From Euglena gracilis (Eukaryota): a stretch of 64,000 nt of DNA. The notes below the pieces were generated by a model. That model worked only from the letters and a program-made list of their open reading frames with translations. It made no database searches and had not been told where the DNA came from. The position numbers were made by a program, and so were the translations under genes. The stretch lies in NCBI GenBank assembly GCA_039621445.1, contig CP154954.1:14364387-14428386 (forward strand), written 5' to 3'. Of this stretch, positions 45,536 to 58,360 are shown piece after piece (position 1 is the first letter of the stretch; every line of letters begins with the position of its first letter).

Positions 45536-46580
45536 TAAGGTAATTTTGCCCCACCTATGGGAAAAAATGGCCGAAAATGGCCCAAAATGGCCGAAAATGT
45601 CCGAAAATGGCCGACAATGACAAAAAATCTGGGGGTCAACTATGGTTAGGGTTAGGTCCCTTTCGTTTCGTGCCCATCACTGGCAAGGAGTTTCTCAGCA
45701 TGCTGTCAAAAAGAAGAAAGGAAGGAATAAAAAATGCAACCAGCAGAAGCAGAGGCAAAGACCAGCACGAAAAGCATGGAGTGGGGGGATCACATAACAT
45801 GCACCAACACACACAAGCACACACGCCACGAACACGCACACACACACACACACACACACAGACACACACAGAATTTCAAATTCCTTGCCCATCCTCAGCC
45901 CCATCTTTGACAGACGGTTCATCGCCATTCCTTTCCCAACTGCATTCTCGAACTGCCACTCTCCCTCCTGCCTGTCCGTGCCATAAGGGATGTTCCTTGA
46001 CCATGCCGCTTCTCACCAAACACCGATCATTTAGAATCCTCGGCGAAACATGACCGGGTTTCATTGTTACCGAAAAATGTACCAACCCCTCCCCCCACAG
46101 ATACACGAGACGATGCCATGTTGCTTGGTGGTGTTTCCACCTGAACATGACAAATTTTTCGCTCCTAACAGCCTAACAGCTCCGTCAGAGTTCATTGAGA
46201 TGATACCCAGCAGTTTTGACCCGAGTGGTTGGTGTGAACTATTCTCTGTCTGGAGGTCTTTTTCAAAGTTTGAAGTAAACACCTCTTCCTCTCCTGGGAG
46301 TTGTCTGGTTTGCTTCAAAGCAAGAAAATGGCAACATTATTCGCAATATTTCCAATCTTTTTTCATTCCGTTCCATTTTCTATTCAAGTTGCCCACGTTA
46401 ATCAACGTTCCCCTTTTCCACAAAAGGATGAATATGAAAATCATATGTAACACCGACAACCAAAGAATGTCGCCCCTCCCTGGTTGGCTGTCTTTGGTGA
46501 CATAGGAAAAGCATGGGTTTTTTTACACATAGGTTTACAACGTAGGTTTTTTTGGCACCTGGTCGTAGGACCCCCCCCCC

Positions 46581-46964
46581 CAGGGTTTGATATAAGGAGG
46601 GCGTACATGGTTTAGGTGGGGGGTGTCCCCCCCCCCCCCCCCCCCCCACCTGCAAGGGGGGTCCGGACCACCCCCCCCCCCCACCTGCCAGGGGGGTCCG
46701 GACCGACCCTGGGGGGTATCCGGGACCCCCCCAAAAAGGGTCAATTTTTTTTTTGCATTTTTGGCACATTTTTGCCCAAAAAGTGCCCAAAATGGCACTT
46801 TTGGTCCTTTTGGGGGGTCAAAAATTTTCGGCCCGGCGCGAAATTCGGTCACCCAGACCGCCACTGTTTAGGTAGGGGGGGTGTCCCCCCACCCCCCCCC
46901 CCCCCTCCTGGCCCGCAGAGGGGGGTCCGGACCACCCCCCCACCTGTCCTTATATCGAACCCTG
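46581..46964. mobile_element. hAT-type MITE
   Basis: TIR CAGGGTTTGATATAAGGA / TCCTTATATCGAACCCTG (17/18). Flanks CCCCCCCC / CCCCCTCC. Internal GGGGGTCCGGACC repeats. Confidence 0.8.
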
Positions 46965-49837
46965 CCCCCTCCCCCGGTTGGGGGTTGCAGGTCAGGGGAT
47001 GCTTATGACCCCCCCTGGTCGGCGGTTGTAGGAATCCAATGCATGAAATACAAATGAATGATAAGTTTAGAAAAATATAAAATGAAAGGTTGCTTTTGAG
47101 GCGTGCTGCACTTTCAGTTTTTATCAGCAAATTTCCAGTTTTGCCATTTTGCTCAGTTTTTGGGGACCAGCTCTGCATAGCAGCCCTGGACCCCCCTCAT
47201 CCTGAATGGCGGGAGGGCCACACAGCACCCGTTTTTTTTTTTTTTTTTTTGTGGGCCTGCACCTTTTCGCACCCAGTGGGCTGGTCCTTCAGGAACTCCT
47301 ATGGTTGACAATTTTTTGGATTGGACCAACAATTGGACCATTAATTTGCCCTGAATTGGAAAAGGTGGTTCCGTCGGGAACCGTTGAATTAGGCATATGC
47401 CTCCAGGAGAGCACAATGTCTGCCCATCCCCTTGTCTGCCGTTCTTCTGTCTTTTCTGTCCACTCCTTTACGACCGTCTGACCTCTTCCGAGGCTGGGCC
47501 ACCCCCCCCCCCCAGGCGGTGGTTGGGCGGAGCAGAGGCGGATTCACTGTTGTGTGTTCCTCCTAATTGCACCCCCAAAACCCCTCACAAACACGTGAGC
47601 ATGCAAACACACGCAGAACTGGTTTATTCTTTGCCCACATTCATTGACTCGAACCCAGCACAAAACCCTGCACAAATGGAACATTACGTCACACCATCAA
47701 AAATGTGTGTGACCTGGTGTGTGAAAATGGCTGGTCTGGTCAATTTCTTAAGTCAAAGGGGACCGTTCGCCTGGGGATATGGGTCCATCCAGCCAGCACC
47801 TTTTTCTTGCCTTTCCTGCCTTGTTTGCTGCCCCACACAACTTCAGCTGGGATGCGGCCGCGGCGCCAAAGAAATATTTTGCCAGGCAGACTGCACCGAA
47901 GAAATCGACGCAAGGCGAATTTTTTTCTAAAAATCGGTAAAAAATGGCCAAATGGATTTTGAAAGACTCAAAAAGATTTCAGATTCTGCTTGGAATGGTC
48001 CCATCTCTCCCCCATCCACGCGGTGCAGCCTAATTTCAAAATTCGCAATAACCTCCTTCCCACCCTCCTTATTGCCTTTCATCATCGTTCCCATCGCCAT
48101 CCCAGATTCTTTGTGTTGTTGACCGGGTGGTTCTGAAGACACCGAGTGCTAGAATGGGAACGTGGTGGATGGTGACTCAATACTCTTCATCGTCCCTTGT
48201 TTCCAGGACGCCGAAAATTTAGGTTGGAGAATGTTTAGTTTTCTGCTATTTCGGGCACTGTATGTGTCGGACACTCCCGCTGTTGTCAACGACACATTTC
48301 TGGGACATTTTTGTGGTTTTTCCTCCCCTTGAAGTGCTGCGACTTTGACACACTGTACCGCTTGTCTCCGAAGCCTCCCCCAGCAACCAAGCATTTGGGT
48401 ACATAACTTTTGGTTTTATTATTGGTTTCCCCCGCCACATATCAAAGACAAATGGGACGAAAGATTATTTATTTTATTCTAATGGCAAATCAAAATTTGG
48501 TGGGAATTGTTTGGTTGCATTTTTCTTTCCTATCAAGTCCGGATTTCTCACACACAAGGCAGTTTGTAAACCGTGTCGGTTAATCAGGGTTTCTGATAGG
48601 TTTGCGGCTGGCCCCGTATTATAGTGGCCGAAATGTTTTTATTCCACCCATTCCCACCCACTGGTTGGAATCAACCACGTAGGCCACTGGCTGACTGCTC
48701 CACTACTGAGAACACAGTATTGTAATAGATAAATTGCACTGTGTGATCAATTGGCAGTGCGCAGGAAGGATTTCCAGAGCACTGTGACTACCCCGCCTCT
48801 CCCCCCCACCCCAGCGGCAACCTTGCCCTCCAACCGGCTCTGCCCATTTGTCCCCCTTTAATGTTCAGAGCTACCTCGCTGCCCGAACCGTCGAGTTTTG
48901 CTTTTGGGGTCTGGGGGAGGGTGGTTTTCTGTGTAAAACACAATCTGTGAACACGAAAGAAAAAAGTTGCCCAGCTTAGCAGAATGACTGGATGTTCGTG
49001 TGTGAAACTTTAACCCCCAAAGATAACCACGGGGCAATTGAAGGCATTTGGTTTGTTGTGGAGTTCTCTGAAATGCAACACAGCCCAAATGCACCTCGGA
49101 ATGGGGACCAAGGTGGCAAGGAGGGGTGGGCCAGTTTCCATGGCTTGGAGTGGCGCTGCAATGGTGGCGACCCGGGCTTTGCGTGCGGCTGCACTCACGG
49201 ACCAGGGCCACGGGGGTGCAGGAAGGGTGTGGGGACCATGCCCCCCGGGAGAAGGTCAGTTTCCACTTTCAAAAAAACCAGTCAGTCATTTTTTTTAAAA
49301 AAAATCGGTCCCAGTTCGCAGCAGTCGGTCACTTTGGCCATTCAGCCAATAAATGACTCAAAATCAATGGCCAAAAACCTCCCAAAGAAGTCCAGTGCTT
49401 TCGGCGCGGGGTGGCAACTTTCAGCCATTCTGGCCGACCCCCCCCCCCGTGGGGGTCTGGAGCCAAAAACAAGTCAGTCATTCCAAAAAAACCCAGTCAG
49501 TCACCCCCGTGGGTGGGTTCAGACACACCTGAACATGGTGTGGACCCCCCACCGGCACCACTGTGGCGCGTGCGCACTCTGGCCGCTGTGATGCTGGGCA
49601 CCACAGCGGCCGGGAGACCCGGACGGCGGCCGGACAAACTGGGGTGCAGGCGACATAGATACACCAGTGTTCAAAGCATTGTGCCGTTGACACAGAGGGG
49701 GGTGCCAACGACCCGGTGTGGTTCGAGGACAAAACTCGCCTGGTGTTCCGGCAAAATGCCGTTGACACGAGGAGTGTGAAAAACAACACGGTGTGTCTTG
49801 AACAAGGGGGGAGGGAAAGGAATGAATGAGGCCAGTA

Positions 49838-50270
49838 ACCCCCCCCCAATTAGAAGCCCCCCCCCAAATAACAACCCCCCCCCAAATAGAAGCCCCCCCC
49901 CTCAGGTTTCGCACCAAAAATCCAAATAACACCCCCCCCGGCTTCGCCGGGGGGGGGGGGGGCTGTTATTTGGATGTTACTTCGCCGGGGGGAAATTTGA
50001 CGAAAAAAAATCCGAAAAATGGGGAAACCTCGACTCCACGAGGTCGACATTGGGGTGATATCTAGTATCATTGAAGCATGGCCTATCCACCCACAAGAAT
50101 AAATGCGTCTTGCAATTTTTTAATTTTGGAACGCGTTCGAACCGCGGATCGACCGCTGGCCGAAGTTTTTCCTTTAGACAAAGGGTACCCAATTAGAAGC
50201 CCCCCCCCTCGGGTTTTCCGCAGAGTGACCGAATAATAGCCCCGGGGGGCTTCTAATTGGGGGGGGGGGT
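49838..50270. mobile_element. TA-flanked MITE with AAT(T)AGAAGCCCC repeats
   Basis: TA|ACCCCCCCCCAATTAGAAGCCCCCC ... GGGGGGCTTCTAATTGGGGGGGGGGGT|TA. Confidence 0.85.
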
Positions 50271-50544
50271 TAGGTGGGCACCAGGGTGAAGGGGGTGTCT
50301 AGAATCAGGAACATTCTCACGCCATGTACGTCAACTCCCACGGTTTATATTTCAAACATTTCAAGACCCTCGGGGTGTTTGTAGTTGGAGGGAGCTATAT
50401 TTGTGTGAAAAAAAAAAGAACGCTTGGGACAAACAAAATTGTGGTTGTTTTTCAATGCGGGTTGGAGGAATGCACAAATTCATCAGCAACATTCTTGACT
50501 CCGCCCACCCCCCTTCCATTCACTCGTTCACTGGCAGCAAACTG

Positions 50545-53500
50545 ATGGGACCGAAGAAGGTGTCGTTCAAGGAGGACAAGGCGAAGGCGGCCAAGCGGCC
50601 GGCCCCCAAGAAGTACAAGGTCAAGGTCGCCCAGAGCCCCGCCGGGGGGGAGGCGGCGGACCCGTTCATCAAGAAGAAGAAGCAGCGCGTCGACCCGTCG
50701 AAGGCCGCCGCAGCCACCGTCCCGCTGCCGCAAGATGGGCACGGGGCCAACGGTTTTTTTTTTGACAGACTGCAATCGTGTGTTTTTTTTTAAGAACCAC
50801 GGGGCATGTCAACGACGGTGTGTCAACGTCACACTTCTAGCGGGGGGGGCAGACATGCCGCGGAAATGTGTCGTTGACACAGGGGTTTCAACAATACGGT
50901 GCCTCTGACAAAGGCAGAAGCACACGTCCGACACATTTAGCCAGTCTTCACTACCACGCAGAAGTTGGTTGTCAATCCACAAAAATGTTCACATATGCAT
51001 TTTTTTTTTGTGTGTGCCCTGCTATATTTGGAAGCTTTTGGGGTGGAGATGTGCACCAGTTTTTCCGTTCCCATTTGCAATGATCAAAAGTGGCGTGGAA
51101 AACATTGGTGAGGGATAATCCCACCAAACCATTTTGCCGGTTTGCTCGATTCCAATTTTCCGCCGTTCAATTTTTTTCTATCCAATTTTGTTCAGAGCCA
51201 ATCCCCCCCCCCGGTAATCTCCTCCTGGTGAAGATCAACAAATGATGCTCCGGAACATCAAGAGTCAAGGATTCAAAGCCATTCGAGGGGACCTCAAAAT
51301 GGCGGGATCAGATTGTCACCAACCCCCCCCCCCCCCGGTTTTAAACTCACCTTTTGGGCCGACCCACCCAATGAAACCCAACCACGGGGGTTTTCGCGAG
51401 CTGCGAGGCTTTGGACCTCAAGCGGGGGGGGGGGGCAGGCTTTTGCTTAAGGGATTGCAGTACCCCCCCCGGGGGGGGGCTGGACTGCAGCTAGTCCAAA
51501 TTTGGCTAGTGGGTTTTCTAGCAGACCCCCCCCGGGGGGGTCTAGCTAGTCCACTTTTTCCAGTGTCTAGCCGATTGGCTAGCCAGTACCCCCCCCCCCC
51601 GGGTCCTTAAGCAAAAGCCTGGGGGGGGGGGACTCAGTCACGGAAGCCGCCACGGTGGCCCCCCGCCGGGCGGTGCGGCCGTCCAAGAAGCGCAAGGCGG
51701 AGGCGCTGGTGGACGTGGACCGCCTGCCGGAGAGCAAGCGGGCCCGGCTGACCACCGAGTTCCGGGACGTCTGCGTGGTGGGCGACCGCGTCCCGGCTGC
51801 TTTTTTAAGACCCCCGGGGGGAGGGAGGATCACCAACCGACCCAGCCCGGTACAGGGAACCCCCCCCCCCATAATCTGAGGGCATTTCCCAAAAAGTTTT
51901 CGGCGCCGAAACCCATACCCGGGCCTCCAGCCCGGAACCCGGGGGGGGGGCTTCTGGCCCCATACCACTCACCCACCCACCCCCTTCCCCCCAGGGTGGT
52001 CTTCTAGCTTAAGAAGAAGCCGGACCTCATCAAACTGGCCCAGGCCATTGTGAAGCAGGTGTGCTGGTGCCGTGTGGACAGTCGCTTGGTCACTGTCCCC
52101 CCCCCCCAGAGTTCAAAGTGGCTGACTTGTGGTTTGGCCGCAGTCATCCTTGAGGGCGGGTACCAAAGTGTCCCTGCCATACCATTGTTTAACACCTGTC
52201 CCACCCCACCCACAGGGGGGGGGTGACTAACTGGCTTTTTTAGAGTGACTGACTGGTTTTCTGGCCAAGGCCTCCCCAGGGGGGTGGGGTAGGAAAATTG
52301 AAAAGTGACTGGCCTGGTGGTAGTTTTGGACGCTTCATATTCCCAAATGCTTGACCTTGATTCGTATTTCATGCTTTCATAATTTCTGGGTTATTCTGGA
52401 AGATTTTTCTGCCCTCTTTGGAAATAAGAGATTTTGACAAAATCCCTCTCTGCTGGTCTGGCCACCTGCCATTTTTGCCACGTCGGTCAACGGAACAATA
52501 TCAGCCCTGGGCCTATTCTCAAGGCACACCGGCTCCAACCCCCCCCCCCTCTCGACCACAGCTGTACGACGGGGTGGTGGAGGCCAAGCCAACCCACCGC
52601 ATCAACCTCGTGAACGTCACGTTCAAGACCGCTCAACAGCACCAGGCGGCGTGCGCCAAAGAGCCACAGACCATTTTCGGTCAGGCCGGGCCGCTGCTGA
52701 AGGCATTGAATGCCGCGCATTGTACCCCCCACCAGGGGGTGGTTTTTTGGCCCGGACCCCCCCCCCCCGGGGCAGGGTCGGCAAAAAAAAACCCCACTAA
52801 AGTGACCCGGCGCCGAAGGCCGGGTTTTTTTGGGGTGGGCCCTTTTTTTCATGTTTTTGGTCAAATTTCCTTTGGATTCCAGAGTGGCCAGCCCCCCCCC
52901 CCCCCCCCCGGGAGGTGGTAACTGACTGGTTTCCCCCCAAAAAAGTGACTGAGTGGTTTTTCGAAAAGTGGAGTGACCCGGGGGGGGTCAGTAAAAAATT
53001 GTATGGTGGGGGGTTGGGACGCCCCCCCCCCCCTCTCTGGCATACCTTCCCCCCCTTGTTCTTGACACGGCTGGTCCATGACAACCCCCCACCCCCGTGT
53101 CAACCACAACTTTGTGCGTTTCAAGGACAGCTTATTTTTGTCGGGTGGGACACATTTTTCGACGCCGAAATTTTTTGAAAAGGTGCTATTTTTTAGCATT
53201 TTTCGCAATTTTTCGGCCATTTTTTTTGTGGGTTCCCCGGGAACCCCCCCCCCCCCCCCCGGGGGGGGGGGGGGGTGGGGGGGCCCCCCCCCCCCCCCCG
53301 CCTTTTAAAAAACCCTGGTGCCGGGGTCCGCCGCGGACGGTGACATGCAAGTCGCTCGCCGCCCGCACGAGTGAGCACGCGGTGGTCCACCTCGGCAACA
53401 AAATCCTGCTCCACGCCCTGAAGTCCGCGTGGCCCTCCACGGTGTCCGTGGTGGAGCTGACGCCGGAGGCCGTCCGGGTATGTTCCCCATTTGTCCGTCA

Positions 53501-53911
53501 CGGCACGGGTTCGGCGGCACGGTGAACGAATCTTGAGTACCTACCTCAGATTGGTCGAAGGAGTATTTGTTGCTGTTGGCAATAACTAATACAAAATAGA
53601 AATAATTTGCAGTATTAGAATGTTAGGACATTATGTATGCAAACGTTTTGTGTTGAGTATTTGCAACATTGCAAATGTTAATTTGTGCAGATGCCGCTGT
53701 GGTTGATTGTGCAAACCAATTGTGTCAGCTGTTCCGCAGGCTCTCTGACCACGCGGGGAGGGGTTTGCAAATGACGGTACCAACTTTCCATCTCGCGCAG
53801 CTGCGGTTCGACAGCCCAGATGAGGCCCAGGAGGTGATCGACGGCGGCCGCAAGACGATTCTGGACCTCCCGTTCCTCCCCCGTTCCGTGTGGGGCATCA
53901 AGGGCGTGTAG
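50545..53911 (+). CDS. Lys-rich N-terminus plus two RRM-like domains; probable nuclear/nucleolar RNA-binding protein. Seven exons: 50545-~50733, ~51233-51304, ~51638-51789, 52008-52058, 52562-52683, 53336-53477, 53801-53911
   Basis: MGPKKVSFKEDKAKAAKRPAPKKYK...FIKKKKQR; FRDVCVVGDR|LKKKPDLIKLAQAIVKQ|LYDGVVEAKPTHRINLVNVTFKTAQQHQAACAKEPQTIFGQ|TVTCKSL...HAVVHLGNKILLHALKSAWPSTVSVVELTPEAVR|LRFDSPDEAQEVIDGGRKTILDLPF...*. Three in-phase GT-AG introns and strong GC3 bias. Confidence 0.8.
51436..51621. mobile_element. hAT-type MITE (186 bp) in an intron of the RRM gene
   Basis: 17-bp TIR CAGGCTTTTGCTTAAGG / CCTTAAGCAAAAGCCTG between G-runs. The internal GACTGCAGCT(A/G)GTCCAAATTTGGC recurs at about 10304 and about 54367; the right end recurs at 59913-59930. 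Confidence 0.85.
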
Positions 53912-54119
53912 CGCCTGTGAACCTTGCGCCCCCACCCTCCTGTAGCCATATTGTTGGCTTGCTGGCTATGGCGCCAGTTACGGACCGCCTCCTCGTTCTT
54001 TTTTGTTACTGTGTTTGCATTTCTTGACACCTTTTGCACAGATGCAAACCTGTTTGTTGCGTTCACCTGCAATCCCACCTCAAACACACCACACACACAC
54101 ACACACACACACAACACAT

Positions 54120-54170
<51 letters not shown>

Positions 54171-54770
54171 ACACACACAAACAACACCCCACCCACACCC
54201 CCCCCCCCACACCCACACCCACACCCCACACCCACCCCCCACACCACACCCACACCCCCCCCCCCCCCACACCCACACCCACCCACCCACAACCACCCAC
54301 CCACCCCCCACCCCCCCCCCCCACAGCTTTGCCACCCGCAGCTTAAGGGGTGCTGGGAGGGGGCTGGACTGCAGCTGGTCCAAATTTGGCCAGTGGAAAT
54401 CCTAATCCCAGTGGGCCCGCCGTGGGTCCTTTAAGGGGTAGCAAGTTAAAAAAGTGACCGTCACAAAGCACCTAAAATTGTTTGGACCGCCAAAAATGGC
54501 CAAAGTGCCCATTTTTGGCCATTTTTGGCTTTTTTTGGAACAAAATCAGCCGAAAAAGTATTAAAACTCATTTCCACCTTGGCACGCAATGCCGGAGAAA
54601 AGAAATTTAAGTTGGGCGGACCCGTGTACCGCCCAATGGGTCTAGCAAGTCCATTTTTTTCCAGTGTCAAGCAAAATGGGCAGCCAGTGGACCAACCCCC
54701 CCCCCCCCCCCGAGTCCTCAAGCAATGGCCTGATCCACTCCGACAAACATAATCCAACACGCACCGCATA

Positions 54771-55082
54771 CCTACCCCCCGGGAAACTGTCATGCCCGAG
54801 AACCTGTCAGGGTCCATCCCGGGAAACTGTCAGGGTCCCCGGTACCGGCCAACCTATCAGTTTAAGAAGTTGTCAGGGTCCCCGGTACCGGCCAAACCTG
54901 TCAGGGTCATTTTTCATTGACTTTCCCTTGAAATGCCCTACCTGTACCTGGGAAACTGTCAGGTCCCGCCCAGGAAACTGTCAGGGTCCCCGATACCGGC
55001 CAACCTATCAGCATAGGAAGTTGTCAGGGTCCCCGGTACTGGCCAACCTGTCAGGTGACAGTTTCCCGGGGGGGGGGGGAGG
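54771..55082. mobile_element. MITE, gggaaactgtca family, nested in an older repeat
   Basis: TA on both sides and homologous to 27710-27977. The inverted partner of the host repeat (about 56340) lacks the insertion. Confidence 0.85.
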
Positions 55083-56107
55083 TACACACACACACACATA
55101 CACATGCTCACAGGCACACAGGTACACATACATACACACACAGGCACATACACACACATCCACCAACAACAAACACACACACATTCACATACACATTGAC
55201 AAACAACACACACCCACACACAGGTACATGCACGCATACACAAACAACACACACACACACGCACAGGCACAGGTACACACACACATACACCAACAACAAC
55301 ACCCACACACCCACACACACAAGCACCACAAAATAGCGCAACACAGATTATGCCCCCCCCAATATTGATAAAGCTTCACAATTATACAGCTCTGATCAAA
55401 TGGGCTCTCACGCATTAGACATCGAGCTGGCTGCGTGATTGAAGCAACATCAGAGTCAAACCGCCCCCTCCCCCACAGGAGTCTTGGTACTCTGTCCCAT
55501 TTTGTTTCTGTCAGCCAGTTTCATTCGCTTGGCGTGTGTGCGATCTGTGAGTCCCGGGGTGAACATATAATATTATAATAAATAATATATAATATTTTTT
55601 GAGCTTTTTATCTGCACATTTATTTCTCGTTTTGCTCACAAATAATTTGATTTTCAAATAATTCGCATTTTTAGACCAGATTTCACCCAGAGACCGCTTA
55701 TGTCTTTTTTTTTTAGACTTTTGTTCAGTAATTGTAACTTTTTTTCTGCTTTTCTGTGTGTTGCGGCTCTCTTTTGAAATGCATGCAGTGTTCACCCCCT
55801 TTCTGCAGATGAAACGACAATGATTGAGTCTATAAAACAAGCATTTCCACCATAATTTTCGAAAAATCCTCTCTGGCTCGGTGCACATGGGAAAGCATCT
55901 CATAAGCCTTTCTGCGTCCTCTCTGCAACATTGGGCCTCATTTTGAGGCGGTGGTACCACTTCCGAACGGCAAAATCGTTTTGATAATCCCACACGCACT
56001 TTCGTTTCGTTTTCGCTGCTGACCTCGGCGGCGAGGGGGGGTGGGCACCTGGGATGCTGCGGTCAGAGCCGCCCTTCCCTCCCGCAGTCCCCTGCCCTCC
56101 CGCTCCG

Positions 56108-58360
56108 ATGGCAGCCGAGGCCCCCGCCGTGTGGCTGGAGGGTTTCCTGTGGAAGAAGGGGGCCTCCGTCCTCGATGGGTGGCGCCGCCGCTTCTTCCGC
56201 CTGGAGGTGTGGCGGGCATTGCCTTTCTTCCTATCCCTGTGCTGTGTTGCGCTATTTTCTGGTGCTTGTGTGTGTGTGTGTGTGCGTTGAGTTGTGTATG
56301 TGTGCATGTGCTTGTGTATGTGCCTGTGTGTGTGTGTGTGCGGTGTGTGTTGAGTTGTATTTGTCGGAGTGGGCCAGGCCATTGCTTGAGGACTCCGGGT
56401 GTGGGGTTGGTCCACTGGCTACCCATTTTGCTTGACACTGGAAAAAATGGACTTGCTAGACCTCATTTAGCCTACCGAGGCCCCCAGCAATGACTGCATC
56501 TTCTTGGGGCAATCCCTGAGCGGCGACACAGCACACCATGGCACTGTCACGTTGCTTCGTGCCACGCAGCACGACGGCTGTCTGGTGTATTTCGCCGAGA
56601 ACAGCCCGACCCCCCGTGGCAGCATTCCCCTCCAAGGGGCTTTTGTCTACGCCGTCCCACCGATGGGCATTACCATTGAAGGTAGCCGTACCCTGGGCAA
56701 GTTTTCAGAAGCCTTTCAGTGAGCATTTATGTTGTTCTTATCTTCTACTTGCTATCTTGCTATTGTTCTGTCTTCCACCGCTTGGCACACCGATCTCTGA
56801 CGCATTTTTGTTGAATGTGAGTTTTTGTGGCATATTTTTGTGGCATTCAAATGGTTGTATCTCATTACGATACGTAATTCAAATTTCATTTTTTTTAGTG
56901 AACAAATCTTTCGTTCGCCTGTTTGTTGTTTGTTTGTTGTTTGTTGTTTTTTTTTGACACAAAATGTAATTTTCATCCAACTATGCAATTTTTATAATTT
57001 CAAGTCAATTTCCAGGCAATTGGTTGTTTCCACACAAAATGGATCACCACATGTTGCTTTTGAAGAACGTCCGGTGCCCTTCAAGGGACTCTTTTCGCAA
57101 TCTTGGTTTTTTTTTGGCTTCTTCCCAGCATTTCTCTGATCATCAATTGTTGTCCTGTCAGGTCCCAAAGTAAAGCGCCGGTTTGAGTTGCGGGCCGACT
57201 CCCTGGTGTTGCCTCAGTCCCTGCATTTCCACTATTCTGTTATGTGACAGGAATGGCTGTTTGAAAACCACACTGTGGTTCTATCGACAGAAGGATTTTG
57301 GACCACAGCACACAAGTCACGAATTGTCACAACCAGACACACGGGTGCGGAAGCATTTGAGTTGGGGTGAGTTAAAACGTATGTGCACAACATGTTGATT
57401 TTCCATGCTGGCAGCATTTTCTTTATATTTAAACCCTCCTCTCGCTAACGGAATAATCTTTAAACAAACTTTTCCTTCCATTTATTATATATGTATGGCC
57501 CGTGACACTTTTGGGCAGTGCATTGCCTCCATGCCAGGAAGCTGGACATCACAGTGGTCTGGCAGCCAGCAGCTTTTTCCCCCCAGCCAGCAGCTCTCTG
57601 CGGACCCCCTGCGGAGAGTCGATCGAAAACAAGGTTTTGCAGCCTGGCAGGCTGCACCGAAAAAAGTTTGAAAAGGGGGTCAAACATGGCCAATAATGGC
57701 GTTTTTTGGTGGGGTTTTTGAATGTTCACCTCAGAGTTTTTGCTGAGAAGATTTATTCCACCTGGATTTATATTTTTGCTTGTTTTTTTGGGTGCCAAAC
57801 GGTCCAATAACACCTTGTTAAGGGTTCCCAATACCTCCCTCCGGGGGGGGGGGGGGGGCTCTATTATAGGTAGTCCATTTTTGACGTCTGGAAATCCTGT
57901 ACCCACCTGGGGGGATCCACTAATAAACCTAAGCGGGCCCCGGCTGCTAGCTTGCATCTTTTGTTTTTCGGCCGGGCGGTTTCCGAATTCCCCATTCCCA
58001 ATCGCATTCGGTGAGTTGTGTCCCCCCCCCCCCCGTGCCGCTGTGGTGTCTCCTGCGCTGTCCCGTGCGTTGTAGCGGGGCTGATTTGAAGCCAGCAGCT
58101 GTTCTCGATTGGCAGTCAGCACCCCGCCCTGCTGGAAGCACGGCTGCACTTATCGCGGATTGCTTTTTTATTTGGACCCTGCGCTTGCAGTGCCGGGCTT
58201 CTATTAGGGGGGTTTATGCCGCAGCTGACCCCTGTGCTGGGGCCGCAGGAGGAGCAGCGCCGGTGGGTGGCTGTGCTGACCAGCGCCCAACACCTCCCCG
58301 AGGCCTCGACGCTGCCCGCCCCCACCGTTAGCCCCAGTGGCCTCTACCCATCCATCGACG
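56108..58360 (+). CDS. PH-domain protein, exons 1-4: 56108-56206, 56570-56681, 57162-57205, 58249-58360
   Basis: All introns are GT-AG and in phase. MAAEAPAVWLEGFLWKKGASVLDGWRRRFFRLE|HDGCLVYFAENSPTPRGSIPLQGAFVYAVPPMGITIEG|PKVKRRFELRADSL|EEQRRWVAVLTSAQ shows the classic PH motifs (EG.L.K.G, W.RR.F.L, L.YF, G.I.L, C-terminal W helix). Confidence 0.92.
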
